This document shows positions 38,218 to 51,386 of a DNA stretch of 64,000 nt, piece after piece. A program made the position numbers and the translations under genes. Source of the DNA: Lepidodermella squamata (lineage: Eukaryota > Animalia > Gastrotricha); the NCBI GenBank assembly GCA_047495785.1, contig JBLDXI010000017.1, forward strand, positions 1,674,001 through 1,738,000, in the 5' to 3' direction. Below the pieces are notes generated by a model. The model worked only from the letters and a program-made list of their open reading frames with translations. It searched no databases and was not told where the DNA came from. Position 1 is the stretch's first letter. The number at the start of each line of letters is the position of its first letter.

Positions 38218-40514
38218 TTACCAGTGATTGTTGACAGTCAACTCGCGCACAACAGGCAATCCGATACACATGGTCAGGGAAACCGAACCCACTAATATCG
38301 AAAACACTCTGAAAGCAATGCGATCAACGCAAAGGGAGCACTGAAAAACATTGCGATTATTTCAGGTCGGCTATTAATCCATCTAGAACTTACTTCTTTC
38401 CAATCCTTCTTAATTTCGTCCTCTAGTTCAGCTTTTTTCATCTTGTACGAAAGCTCATCAATGTATGCTGCAAGACTTTCTCTCATTTTCGCCATATCAC
38501 CGTCCTTGGCTCTGTTAGGTAAAGGCGGCCCGAGATTGTGGATTGAATTCGATAGTTGACTCGCAAGAATCGCATCTTGCAACCTAGATTCGAAGGGAAA
38601 AATAACGAGAGGAATGTCATTAAGGGGTTACTCTCGACTCACAACCGCCTTCTATTCTCTTGGCCAGGCGTATTTTTGGGTAGGGTAGCGCTTCTAGGAC
38701 TCGTCGTTGTGTAATTCATGAGATAGGGACTTCTACTGTTGGAGCTTGATTGTGTTCTCTTCCGGTCGATTGAGTCGAAAGTCGTATTGTGAGCACCCCA
38801 GAGGCCACCGGCGGGTGAACCATTCCCGCTGAACGAAGTGGATTTCCTGGTAAATACTGGGTTGCGGTCTATTATCGCAGAAACGCTCTTGTGATGTCGA
38901 GTACAATGAGAAAATCTCGGGAACCGCGTGAAGGTAAGCAGAGCCAATACACGTAGTATTCTACGGACTGTTTGAGGAACAATTTTCTCGCCATTCGCAT
39001 GGTGCATAGTTAGGGAAATAATGGTCAAAAGTAGAGACGAACTGCTGGCTACTAAGAGAAACGTAAGGTAAAAACCAATGATTGGCAGAGAGTCGGATGT
39101 CTTGGGCAGTGACTCCGCGATCATAAGAAGGAACACGGAAAAGGATAGTAGGATTGTTATGCCAAGGCCGGTTTTCTCCCCGCTCTCAGCCGGCAGTTTG
39201 AAAACGAGAAGAATCAAACCTTTAAATATTGTTATCTTGGTTACGGAATAGGCTATTCTCAACCAGACATACCAGACATCAAAGTGCATGGGAGTAGAAT
39301 ATTGATCAAATGATAATAAAATTTTCGCTGAATGGCGATCTCGAACATGACGTAAGAATAAGGCTCTCCATAAAATCGAACGCCAGCCCGAGCCTTGGTA
39401 TCCACCTGAGACAAAGAAGAAACGTCACCTATAGGTAAAGTTCAGCGAAATCATACAATGTGCCATTCTCCGTTTATGTTGTAGTCTTTGAGATCTATTC
39501 GATCTGCAGACGTTGTAAGATGGACGTGCTTGTCGCTGTACGCCCAACTCGAAAGCGAGATCACGCACTTTTGGTAGTCGTACTAAATGCGAAAAAGCAT
39601 CAGTTAGAAAGAAACACTCTGGGGATAATCGGCAACTCACGGGGTAGAATGTTACGTCCAACTTGCATGAGGTTGAGATCCGTCCTCCCGGTGTCCAGGT
39701 AACTTTACCTTCGTAGTCAACAATGGCTCGAAATTCTGTGCGAAATGAGGTTTGATAGATTGCTTCTACGCTGTTCTCAATGCCGATGTCCGAGGGTAGC
39801 CAAAGCTAATCAAATATCGAAATAAGGTGGACGATCCTAATTTCTGAAAAATTATTTACCAGCTCGGGTTGCACAACCATGTTGGTCAAGTTGTCGTATT
39901 CCATCGGGTTCCACACTGTGGAGAATGATTAGGCAACGATCATGAGTCATTATTAGAAAAAATTACCCAGGAATTCGTCAGTCCATTCCATCATCATGTA
40001 ACCAGTCGTGGAGAGTTCTTGATTCTTGTCGTCCTGGAAAAATAGAAAATTAGCGACGGATTCAGATGAAGATAGCGAGGCTTACCAGTGAATTGATAGA
40101 TAACAAGCTCAGTTGAACTGAGACATCCACCGATTCTCGAGAATTTCGCTTAGGCCTCACTCCAGGCTGATACTTCGGTTCGTTGCGGGTGCCGAACAGG
40201 TCGTCCATTAACCGCCGTTCCGATGATCGCATTATATCTAGGTAGTCAGTTTTGGATTTCGGTTTTGGCAATACCAGACGCGGCCGTGATTTTTGCATAC
40301 CGTCATCGACGACGTAGCCAGCTCGGCATTGCTCGCAGCGTGTTGTTTCGTTCCTTTCTGTCTGCACTGGTACAACGACAGCTTGACGCGGGCTACGTTG
40401 CTGAGCCGGTCTGGGGTCACTTTCAGCGTTGTCATTGCAGCAAGCGGATGTAATCGTCAATAAGCTCAGCACAGCAAGAGACCAGCAGACTATTTCAGCG
40501 ATTCGCTGGCTCAT
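38218..40514 (-). CDS. Nicotinic acetylcholine receptor-like subunit (no vicinal Cys), paralog 2
   Basis: YQPGVRP, Cys-loop CKLDVTFYPYDYQKC, near-identical M1-M3 to paralog 1, largely shared intron positions. Confidence 0.92.
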
Positions 40515-41779
40515 TTGTCAGGCCATGTTCTGATTTCTGAGATGTCTCAGCGTTTGATCCAAATCGGAATGATGCGAACTGCCGTCGGCTTTGCTTCACG
40601 CATTCTAAAACTTGGTTTTTTTCGAATTGCGAAAAAAGGATATGGAGTATATATCAAGTTTTGCGTAGTAATTAGCGATTCAAATCCGCCGTTTAGAAGC
40701 TAATAGTACGTATACAAAGTAAAAGAGAGTCGTATATATTGGAATGGCTTATAGAATCGTCGTTCTCTGTCGCCAGTTGGGAGCACATCGGCGAAAGCTT
40801 TCCGCGTTGATTAAAAAAGGACAGCCTCGAGCACTTTTAAACATACCCTGTCATTATCGCATTGTGGCAGCAGAAGGAGAGAACGCTATTTTTCTGGCGC
40901 ATTTCATGGCTGGGAATTGGGCGTATCAGGATTATGATAGCCAGAGACAAGTCTGCCTCATGCGCAGCGTTGGCTATCGATATTTTCGGGAGCTGCCTAT
41001 ACACATTGCAGGACTGTTTATATAATACTTACGAAAATAATAGAAAACCATCGCCATTGCCGCACCCTATTGGTCTATTGGTAGGGACAACAAAGGCGAT
41101 ATTTTTTACATAATGTCAGATGGCAACAATGTATCCAAGTAATATCGCAAATTCAACCTCCTAAGCGAGCAGTGCAAACAAAAATAATCATAGTAATACA
41201 TTCCCAAATACAACAGCGCTGCCAAATATTTTGTCAGATTGCAGCCATTATTTATTATTATTTATTCCGGTTCTCGTCATTTCATTTTTCTAAGAAGAAC
41301 TTGGGCTACGTCGTATTAAAAGGCCATTACCGAAAATTGCCCCCGATGTGTCTGAATCGGCCTCATGGAAAGCATGATGTTTCAGTGAATAAACAATAGA
41401 CATTTTTGAGCCGGAACGTCTGACACCAGGGTACTGTCTCATGCTTTATTGATTTTGATTCAAAACTAGGAAAAAAGGGACACATCCTATATGTCCATGT
41501 TCTAGGTCATGCGTCATACTTGCTCGAGGCAAAGCTTGAGCTCGAGGTCATAAAAAAAGGTCCGATTCATGGCGTAACCTGAAAGCGGCCTTTTGTGAAG
41601 TACCTAGTTACCATTCATGCGAGCAAGAAAGAACGGCATTCAGCTGATCGCTGTAAATATGCATTAATAGCCAACATGCTTGAATGATGTCAAACTATTG
41701 ACAAAAATGTGAGCTAACAGACATAAATTCGAGTACATAACTCGTCGGTAAATTTTGACTTTGGGTAGCGTCAACTAAG

Positions 41780-42070
41780 ATGGCGTACTACTACATGCCT
41801 CCAGGTCCTTATGTCCCGGCTGGAGTCACCGCTCTGACCTCAACGATAGCAGCCTACCCTGCCGCGCCAGCTTTAACCGGCGGTTTCACCATGGGCGGGA
41901 CCCTGGCGCAACCAGTTGTTATCGCACCAGGAGGAGCTTTCACAATACCTGCTGTGTATCAGCCTTACCCTGTCTATGACAGTTCATGTCCCTTCTGCAG
42001 GCCAGGCTACGACCATCCTCATTACTGCGAAACGTGTGCGAGGCAATCACGACATCATCGTTACTATTGA
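41780..42070 (+). CDS. Small Pro/Gly/Tyr-rich protein with C-terminal CxxC...HxCxxC
   Basis: 96-aa intronless ORF with strong compositional bias; CPFC...HYCETC. Confidence 0.65.
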   Translation: MAYYYMPPGPYVPAGVTALTSTIAAYPAAPALTGGFTMGGTLAQPVVIAPGGAFTIPAVYQPYPVYDSSCPFCRPGYDHPHYCETCARQSRHHRYY

Positions 42071-42127
42071 AACATTTTATTCAAAGAGAAATTATTGCCA
42101 TATGAAAATAAAAAGTTCAGTTCGATG

Positions 42128-42715
42128 TTAGAAATATGGTGTTGTGTATGAGTATGAGTAAGGGTACGGATTCGCTGTTCCTTGGTAATTCCATGCAGAG
42201 TAAGGCGCAGTGTAGTTGAAGTTGTAAGGGTAATACGGATCATTTCCAGGATAGCTACGCCAGTAGTCACCGCGTTTCGCCAAGGTTAAGTAATACTTCT
42301 CATACTCATCGAAAGACCAGTCGACCTTGTAACCCTCGGGCGGGATTCCTGGTGCGCTTTGAAACACCGGGCCTGGAGCTTTGCTGTTCGGGAATCTGTT
42401 ATAAAGCCATTGCTTTTGACGGTGAGGTGGGTTGTTTCGCACCATATATCGGTAGTAATCAGCCAGTGCCTTCTCTTGAGGATCTTTGCTCGATAGCTTT
42501 TTGAAATAGATAGGGCCTGGTGGAGGTGTTGGCTCTCGTTTTATCGGGGGCAGCTTATTGGGGTCTTGTCCTGCTTCTTGCATCTGCAGCTCTCGCCGCC
42601 GCTGCTTAAATTTCTCTTTCTTCTCATCGTCCATTCGCAGTTGCCACACTTTGAGGTTCATGCGATCCATGGCTTTCGTGCCCTTCCGTGTCACCGTGAG
42701 TGGAACCTGCGACAT
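42128..42715 (-). CDS. Intronless Pro/Tyr-rich protein of unknown function
   Basis: 195-aa ORF; charged helix, Pro-rich middle, Tyr-rich tail. Confidence 0.7.
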   Translation of the reverse strand: MSQVPLTVTRKGTKAMDRMNLKVWQLRMDDEKKEKFKQRRRELQMQEAGQDPNKLPPIKREPTPPPGPIYFKKLSSKDPQEKALADYYRYMVRNNPPHRQKQWLYNRFPNSKAPGPVFQSAPGIPPEGYKVDWSFDEYEKYYLTLAKRGDYWRSYPGNDPYYPYNFNYTAPYSAWNYQGTANPYPYSYSYTTPYF

Positions 42716-43147
42716 TTTTCTAATCGAATCTAGTCTAAATCAATTAAGCTACGCTATATACGTAGTAGGATTTTCAGCATTACAGGCTTTGGTGTGGAAC
42801 AGAAAAAGATTTTTCAGTGCACCTTTTCTAGTAGCTATAATTCATTAAGATGAATGAATCTTTTCACATTGGAGATGAAAGAGATGTGCGGCTCAATCGC
42901 TTTCACCTGCCAGAATTGTCTTGCCCGGTGCATTGCACCAGAAAAGTCATAATCATAATTAACAGGTGCAATACAAATATTTATTCAAAAACTCGAAAAG
43001 ATTCCAAAAAACTGAGGAATATTCTAGAAGACGCGACATTGGAGAGTATCATATCACAGGATTGATCAACAGCTTTTCAAAACAATAAAAAAATCCGGGA
43101 TTCAGTTCTCCAACGGGATTTGGATTTGCCGGTTCGGGGCAGCGGAT

Positions 43148-43420
43148 TTACAAATCGCTGCAGGCGCTTCGGCATCGCAGTAGGTTATCCAGGGCAATTT
43201 GGCGCCTGTAAGGGGTGCAGTAGCAGTGAGTGGCATAGAAAGGATCGCAGCTGCGGTCGAATAGGCGACGGCGGCAGTAGTAGCATGGATAGTCCTCAAG
43301 CTCGTAGTAAATCTCATCGTAGACCGAAGAATAGCCAGACCAGTAGCATGGATTCTTGCAGGGGTCACACGGGTCAGGGCAGCATGGGTTGCATGGGTCG
43401 TAGCAGTAATACCGCGGCAT
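43148..43420 (-). CDS. Small Cys/Tyr/Pro/Arg-rich protein, paralog A
   Basis: MPRYYCYDPCNPCCPDPCDPCKNPC...YPCYYCRRRLFD...DPFY...CYC; motif shared with the neighbouring gene. Confidence 0.75.
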   Translation of the reverse strand: MPRYYCYDPCNPCCPDPCDPCKNPCYWSGYSSVYDEIYYELEDYPCYYCRRRLFDRSCDPFYATHCYCTPYRRQIALDNLLRCRSACSDL

Positions 43421-43678
43421 TTTGATTGATAGCTTAAATAAGTAAAACAAAACCCTATAAAAAAACAAAACGAAAAATGTCAGTCCACCGTGAATTTATT
43501 CTTCAAAGGAACAAATCAATTCACACTCAGAACTTAAAGAATATTACAGATCTCGTTGTAGTGTTGCATTAGATTATGATGTGTCGTTACAACTGAAAAA
43601 AGAGTGGTTGTCAAGAATTGATGAACTAAAAAATGATGTTATTCGTGGCAGTTGCATTTATTTGTTGCTTGCTCCGTT

Positions 43679-43951
43679 TTAATAGCAAACGGTACGGCAG
43701 CGGACGGGTGGGCAGTAGTCGTCCAGGAACACGCGGCGTGACAGGGGTCGGCAATAGCAGTTTCGGACATAGAAAGGGTCCGTTTCGCCGTCGTAGATGC
43801 GGCGGCGGCAGTAGTAGCATGGGTAAGGTTCGTAAGGATCGCAGCGGTAGTAGTAGGGATCATCCAGGTAGTACGGGTAGCGCCAGTATGGGTACCTCCA
43901 GTAGCGACCATAAGCGCGGTCGCAGGCATTATAGCAACTCGACAGAGGCAT
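43679..43951 (-). CDS. Small Cys/Tyr/Pro/Arg-rich protein, paralog B
   Basis: ...YPCYYCRRRIYD...DPFY...CYC.P..R...LD...RCR..C; motif shared with paralog A. Confidence 0.75.
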   Translation of the reverse strand: MPLSSCYNACDRAYGRYWRYPYWRYPYYLDDPYYYRCDPYEPYPCYYCRRRIYDGETDPFYVRNCYCRPLSRRVFLDDYCPPVRCRTVCY

Positions 43952-45350
43952 TATTCAGTTATTAAAATGCTCACAAAAAGCTCTAGGTAAATTCCAAATC
44001 GGATAAGCAAATTAAAAGTCTGGAAATGCAAGTTCGTTTCGTTTTTTGGCTTTACTGGCCCTTGTGTGCAATATATGAGTATAAAAAACTCAGGTGAGGT
44101 AGGTAGATCGAAAAATCTAGCATAACCGCAGCGCACACCGCAGTAGCCGCACGCTTATGCCACAGGGGAAATGGCGATTGATCGGCAAGGCATGTCGCTT
44201 AAATAGCCGGCCTTCCTTTTGACGTAGCCTTGCGTGGGCTGCCAGGCAACACGTTTACTGCACTGCGCTCGGCTAGTTTATTATTATTTCAAGAATATAT
44301 CGGCGCGGCAGGAGAGATGCGTAGATGTGTTCCTGATATTATAAGAAAAAATTTGCACTTGTCACCTTTTGGTCAGTACAGCGTGATGACACCAATAGTT
44401 TGCAAACAAACTGATGGCCTGGAAGCGACCTATGAAAAATTACATATTCTGACACACTTCACTGAGCTCAGAATTGCACTGACGGGTGTGTCAAAGCCTC
44501 AATGGCGCAAAAAACGAGGTCTTCTCAATATTCGTGAATGCGTTGCTCACCTTTTTTTATTTCAATAGTACATATCATCAACAAGGTAGTATCTTTATTC
44601 TTGTATATAAGTATATACGTCTTTCAACTCAGATTCGAAGTCCTTCAAATGTCCCTCCAATCTTCCATACCAAACATTCATTCTACCGTTGCATGCAGTT
44701 ACTATGCGAGAATAGACAAGGCGTCTTGATTCATTGACGACGAACATCAATGTGTCATAGAAAGGACGAAAACAGACCAATTTAAGACCGACTTCTCGTA
44801 TAGAAATAATCAATAGAAATTAAGCATAAAGCCGAGACTTCTAAATAGTGACTTCACGAAATTCTCTAAAACAGGGAAAAATATCGAGTAAAAAAAGAGA
44901 TGAGATGAACATGTCAAGCAGGTAGGAATAAACAAATAGCGCTTGAATTATCTGACAAGCACGTGACAGGTTGAGTACATGCAACGATGATGATTTATCG
45001 GTCAATAGACTACATATTAGTTTGTAATAACGAACTGGCAGCTTCGCGTGCAACCTATCAAAATGACAGCCGAAAACAACGAACGAGATTGTCGCGCGAA
45101 ATCGATTGATAATACATTATTTTAGTAGCAACAAGTATCTGAATATAACGAGTCTTTGCAAAATCACAGAAATAAAAGCTGACGTTTCCCGCGCACAGTC
45201 TCGCCCAATTCAGTACACGATTAACTAAATAACAAGCCAGTGTGGCTTTTGAAAATTCTTAAAATAGGTAGTTTCAAAGATTACGAGACAAAATTATAAC
45301 CGGAAACAAAAAAATCTTATTTCAATACCGCACTACAAGTTTCTTTGCTT

Positions 45351-48300
45351 TCAGCTGTGAGATTCATTTTTTCCTTGATCTGCTTCAGCTATGACTGTCC
45401 ACTTCTTCCCGGGAGCTGCAGCACCACCACCACTACCGCCAGGCGCTGCTGGTCGAGGAGGAGGGCCACGCTTCTGGTTTTGATCTCGCAAATCATCATC
45501 GCTGTCGTCACTCCCAGTGTCTCGAGGTGGCGATTGAGGTCTTTTCGATGACTCCGTCTAAAAAAGCGCAAATAAAAAAAGCAATGGATTGTAATAAGTA
45601 ACATACCGGAGGACTCATAGGACGAGGTGGGGGAGGTCTAGGAGGTTCATGGTGAGCAGGAGGAGGAGGAGGCGGAGGTCCAGGTTTCCCCTTGATTCCA
45701 TTAGCCATCGCGCCACCTTTCTCGATGAAGCTTTGAATTAAAGGATTAAGCTGGATTTTAAATTTCGGCTTTTCGTCCTCATCGTCATCGGAGTCATCAG
45801 ATTCATCCGAGACTTTAAGGCCAGTCGGCTTCTCGACATCATGTGGTTTAGCTTCGCCTTCAGCTGCTGGAGCGGCGGCGGCTGCAGAAGCAGCAGCAGC
45901 TTTCGCACTTGCTGCTGCCTTTTTCTTCGCAATCACCTCCTCGTCGCTCGAATCCTCATCACTAACAGCAAGCCCGGCTCTATCGGGCACTTCCTCGGGG
46001 TTAGCACTCGGTTGCGCACTGACCGTAATCTTCTCGCCAGGTACTAGCGTGGCCGGGAGTTCGAGCTGAACCTTTTCAGTTGTAGCATCGCCCTTCTGAA
46101 TTTCGTTGTTAGTGTACTCGATTTCGACTTTGTAGTAGAATCGAGCGAGCTGTTTCACCCACTTATCCGGCGGCTCGTCAGCTTGACTAGTCGATGCTAT
46201 CGAACGAATCACTGCTTTCGAAACTGCAGTGGCCGGCATGACGTAGTCGACAGTGACGAATTTCTCGAAATTATCCGGAATGGGATCGTGCGCGCCCAGT
46301 GGGATTCGCACGGTCATTAAATGAGTCTTGTAGGCACCTTGGAAACGCTCTGGCAATCGCGGTATCCGCCACACCAAGCCATTGAGCAAGTGTTCATACT
46401 TGCAATCACCCGTATTCACCTCCATCTGGCAACCAGTTGGGTTGTTCGTTTTTGGAATGAGCCCCTCAGCCATATTCGTGATACGGTCGAGACCTTTCAC
46501 CTTACCAGGGCGTGCCTTGTGCGCATGGACCGACCCGTAGCCCCACACGTGTTCAACTCTGAAGTAGTAGATCCATGGTTCAGGAATTGGGAAAGCAATG
46601 GCAATGTTTTCACACGGCGCCTGGTTTGCTTTCCTGCTATTGCTGAAGTAACCTGGGATGAGTACTTCCATGCGGATTTCTACATCACGATTCTTCCTGT
46701 CAAGGTTCATAATAGCACGAACCTGCAGGGGTAACTGGAAGTTTTTACGAGGTCTGACACGGAAGCGCAAAATTTCGACGTTGATGCCATCTGGCGGCTG
46801 GAACCGAATTACAGTCGATTTGTTGAACTCCTCTTGATTGACACAGCAATGAAACTGGTAATCTTCGATTCGAATCCACTGCTCGGTCCGCATGGGAATG
46901 ATGTCTTGGCGCCGGACTACTTCCTTGCCCTTACGCCGGATATCATTGACACCGAACTCGACGAAAGCCATGCCGGACAAGAAGGCGAGACAGTAGACTC
47001 GAACACGGGCTTTTTGCTCGGTGATATGGCCATACTTATCGACCATGGCCTCGTACTCATCAATCACCTCAGCGATAATTTCATCCTTAGTGTAAACCTG
47101 AGCAGTCTGGGACCGTTTGGTTATCACTTTCATCATAGCATCTTCGAAGTACCAACGGAACTGTTTCAGCTCCTCGTAGTTCAAACAACCAAGCTTCATC
47201 AGTTCATCGTGAGTCGGCGCGTGGTCGAGAATCATTGTTGCTTTCGGCTTCGTTATCAATCGCTTCAAATCTTTGATTGAAGTTAACGTCAGACCTTTCG
47301 GGGTGATTTTGTCCGCTCTTAGCGCTGGTCTTTCTTTATAATCTGTGCGATAGATTTTCGTTGTATAGACCTTGCCATACTCGTCAAAAGGCTGCATTCC
47401 TATTTCCGATAGCGTCATGTGAGGATCAATTTTCAATTCCTAAAGTTAATTATGTAATTACATTGGATTTGAAATTTTCGGAGAGCAAACCTGTAACGGA
47501 TTCTTGCAAGCAGTTGCATCCTTATCCGTAAGATAGAGCCGAATGAAGACATTCTGGTTCTTTGGTTCGGTTTCGATACGGGCGTAGGTAGTCCTCCAGC
47601 CGCGTTGTCCAGTGAAAGGCATTTTGCTCTTCTTTGGAGGATTGCGGAGACCCATTTGAAACCATTGCCCATGGTAGACTTCGTGGAAAGGTGCCAGAGG
47701 TGCAGTATCGTCTTCGTCGTTGTCGATATCGATGGATTCTTGGGAAGCCGATGATCCCTGCGAGCCACTTCCTTTCTTCCGCTCCTTCTCCATTGCCGAC
47801 CGTTTCGCCGAGGCACCTGTTTTTCCGAAGTCTGCTGCGAACCCTGCCGCGGCAGCGTCAGCGGACTGAGGCTTTTTCTCGGCAAATGGGTCGAATTCGT
47901 CCCATTCTGACCCACCAGCAGCTGTATCGCCCTTACCGCCGATTGACGCCAACTGCGAGAACAAATCATCGCCAGCACCAAATGCGTCAGAACCAGCTGG
48001 GGGAGAAGTTGTTCTGAATGGGTTGTTCGCTGAACTGAAACCGCCGTCAGTCACTGCACCTTCGTCGTCCGTATACGTCTGCAGGGTGTCGAACGCCTTG
48101 GGGAGAGGCAGCAAACCCCCAGAGCTACCCCACGCCTCGGTCGCACCACCGCCTTTGTTCGACGAAAATTTCGAGAAGAAATCCTCAGCATCAGGGTCGT
48201 CATTCGCCGTATCGAAGTTGGTTTTGAAGGGGTTATCCTGCTCGGATGACGGCTTCTTCGCCCCGTCTTCCATGAACTTAGAGGTGTCGAAAATATCAGG

Positions 48301-49650
48301 CACGGCGAATGAACTAGGCGATGGTACTGTCGGGGCGGGTGGAGCTGCTGGAGCTCCTAGAGTAATCTCACTGGCTTTAGGCCGCGGGCGTGAAATCGCA
48401 GCTGACGGAGGCGTCGCAGCTCGGGTTGGCTCCATCGCTATAACGGTTGCGGTTGAGGTCGTGGACGAAGCCATTGCAGAGCTGTCAGGCGAGGCTCTTG
48501 AGATAGGCGATGGAGGTCTGACTGGAACTATCGGTTCAGGTGTTGGTACTTTCTGAGGCGGCGAGGCGGGGCGGATGGGTTCCGGCTCCATAGCCGGCGG
48601 TTCTGGCTCGGCTGGAGGAACCTCAGCAGCCTGCTCTTCCGACTCGGGGTTGAAGCTTTCCCATGACGGAGCCGGTCCGGTGCTGGAACTTGTCGGCTTG
48701 GCAGCTCCCGTCGCAACTGACGTATCGGCCAGTTTGCTCATTTTTGTCTGTCAGCCAAAAAACATGTCTTTTAGATGATGTGCAACTTCATCAGAATTAA
48801 AAGCCTTTTACAGCAAGAAATTCTACACGGGAAAACACACGTTTTTATAGTGATTAATCAGTATTTAAAAGCGCATAGCGAGCATATATTATGAGTTTTA
48901 GCGCATGTAGTAGTAGCTTTTGCTAATCGATTTTGATCAATGCGATGGATTTCATAATGAAACACTGGTGAAAAAAAATTGCGCAGCAAATGTCTCGGTG
49001 TGGGTCTCGTGCCGTCTCGTGTCGTAAAAAAAACCGGCAAGCGGCCATCTAGAAAAAAGCCATTCGTCTCTATCGGATCGATTGTTACGTCGCGTGCTGC
49101 CACCCGCACTTAGAACGAGACGATACAAACTACATAGCATTATAATATGGGAACATGGGAACGAGGCCACTGGTTGAAACAGAAGCCTCGCCTAGTTTTC
49201 ACCACCATCATCGAGTGTTTGATGAATAAATAAATGAGCGCCTTCAAGTTGGTGTTAGTCAACTATCTAATTAAAATGACACAGCACAAATCACAGCCTA
49301 ATAAAAATCGCCGTAGGGCATGCAAATGAGTTGAGGAAACATCGAAACATGCAATTTAAGGAAGATGAAGAAGTTTTCTCAGATGACAGATGAATAATTA
49401 GGTATGTTTTGCTCACCTTGGCATCCGCGACGGTATCTTGTGTTTTATTGAGCATAGCGTTGAACTTTTTCCATTCTTCCGATTCCTGCGGGTCTGGTTT
49501 CGCTTCGATTTCCACTAGAGGCTGGGCAGCGGGTTTTGTGTATTGCAAAGTGCCGGCGCCCTTCGCCGCCAGTTGCGCCATCATTACTTCGTCCTCTTCA
49601 TCCTCGAGCTCGCCATCCTTGTTCTTCTTCTTGCTCTTCTTCTTCAGCAT
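45351..49650 (-). CDS. stnB: Stoned/stonin endocytic adaptor: StonedA-like N-terminus, WxxF/NPF/DPF region, SHD, mu-homology domain, long C-tail
   Basis: QRGW, KIDPHMTLSE...FDEYGKVYT, CLAFLSG, GVND...VVRRQDIIP...FHCCV...FQPPDG, KYEH...LVWRIPRLP; exon 1 (49650-49417) splices in frame to 48747. Confidence 0.9.
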
Positions 49651-51386
49651 GGCGATGAGTCACGGAAAACTAAGTGTAGTTGTTTATATATAAATTTAAA
49701 GATTCAGTGAGATAAATTCACACGCAAAGGAGTCGAACAAAAATTCCTAAAAAATTAATGAGAGTTTACAACAAATTATAGTATTGCAGAAATTTGGCGC
49801 CGCAACAAAAATATGCGCAGTTTTTAAGAATAGCAAATATAGCGATAATTTGCTGATGATGGTGGTGACGATCTTGGCGAATCTTTAATGCATGTCCTCA
49901 GTAAAGGCGATTATCATTATCATTATTATTATTAAGATTATTACTAGACATCCGCGTGATGATAAGAAGGAAAAATTTATTGCTCATCGGTTTTTTTCGA
50001 CAAATTTATTTTGTAGTAAAAGCTAATATATTATATCATGAGCTATATTAAAGAGAAGAGAGAGAGGGAGGGAGAAGTGAGCACAACGCGCTAGCATTTT
50101 CGCCGAAACTCCATTGCTATGTCGCCTTATATAGTAAAATTCAGTACTGTGCGCGCCCGCATATATAGGCAGCATAATAATAATAATGCAGGACATGCGG
50201 CGGATCGGAGCTTTTGCATGATTCGCCGCTGTCGCCGTCGTCGTCCTCATCGTCATCGCGCATGTGTATGTAATATACTGCGCGCGTGTAAAACTGAAAA
50301 TACAAGCTTCGGCTAAAAATCATCGATTTCTCGAATTCTTTTTCGCTGCACACGTTATTATTATTATTATGATTGCGCCGATGTGTTTATGTTTAGCGGG
50401 CGCGCTCGATGCGGCTATAAGTCGCGCAGTTTGTGTGTTGTGCGCCCGTCGCCGATATTCGGCTGTACTTTTATATTTACTACTGCGTATACGGCGGCGA
50501 GATGCGCGCGACTCACTCGCATCATCTCCAATCAATACAGTTATTCATCATTTTCTATAATAGTAATAATAACAACAACGCAAAATTCGACAATGTATAA
50601 TAATACTAATCCATATAAAAGTAAGTCCTCACTTCGTTATAGTGAAAAGGGCGACTTAATACATGCCTCGAAGTATATACATCACAGTAACAAAAAGCTC
50701 TCATCCGAGTAAAAAATTATAATATATTTGGTTTTCGCGAGTGGCAATATAAAATAAGTCGCCGGCGATATATATTAGGGTGACCGATCTACTCTGGCGA
50801 AAATTTTGTTTGCCTTGCGCGTTATATAAAGTTTGATTACTTGCGATAATACCGGTCGATTTTTCATCGTTGGCAAATAAACAAACAGGTTTTTTCCTGA
50901 ATTTTCCTCGAGAGTGCCATTAGGCTAATTTCTGAAATATGAGATTGTTTATTTATGAAATTTGAAGCTGCTGATTCATTTGACACAAAAAAAACCAGTT
51001 TTTAATTATAAGCCCCTTGAAAAGGGTCAAGGTCAGGTACCTTCGAAAACAAGAAAAAAAGAAGTGACTTCAATTTTGACATTTTTATTGCTTTTTCGAC
51101 CTCATAATATTATGTTACAGAGGTACCAATGAGATGACTCGATTGAGCTCGCCAGTTTTTGTTTATCAAATGCATGCCAAATGGAACAAAACTCAAATAA
51201 AAATCATATTATTTCATCTCTTCAATAAAACTGAATAGTTATTCATTAACAGCGAAATAAAATTCGAAACAATACAATGCAAGACAAATATATTTTTTTG
51301 TAATTTTTTCCATATTATAGCGATTGACTGAAGAAATAACGGTCGATGTTTGGATTGTTCGTTGACTGACTTTCGATGTTCGATGG

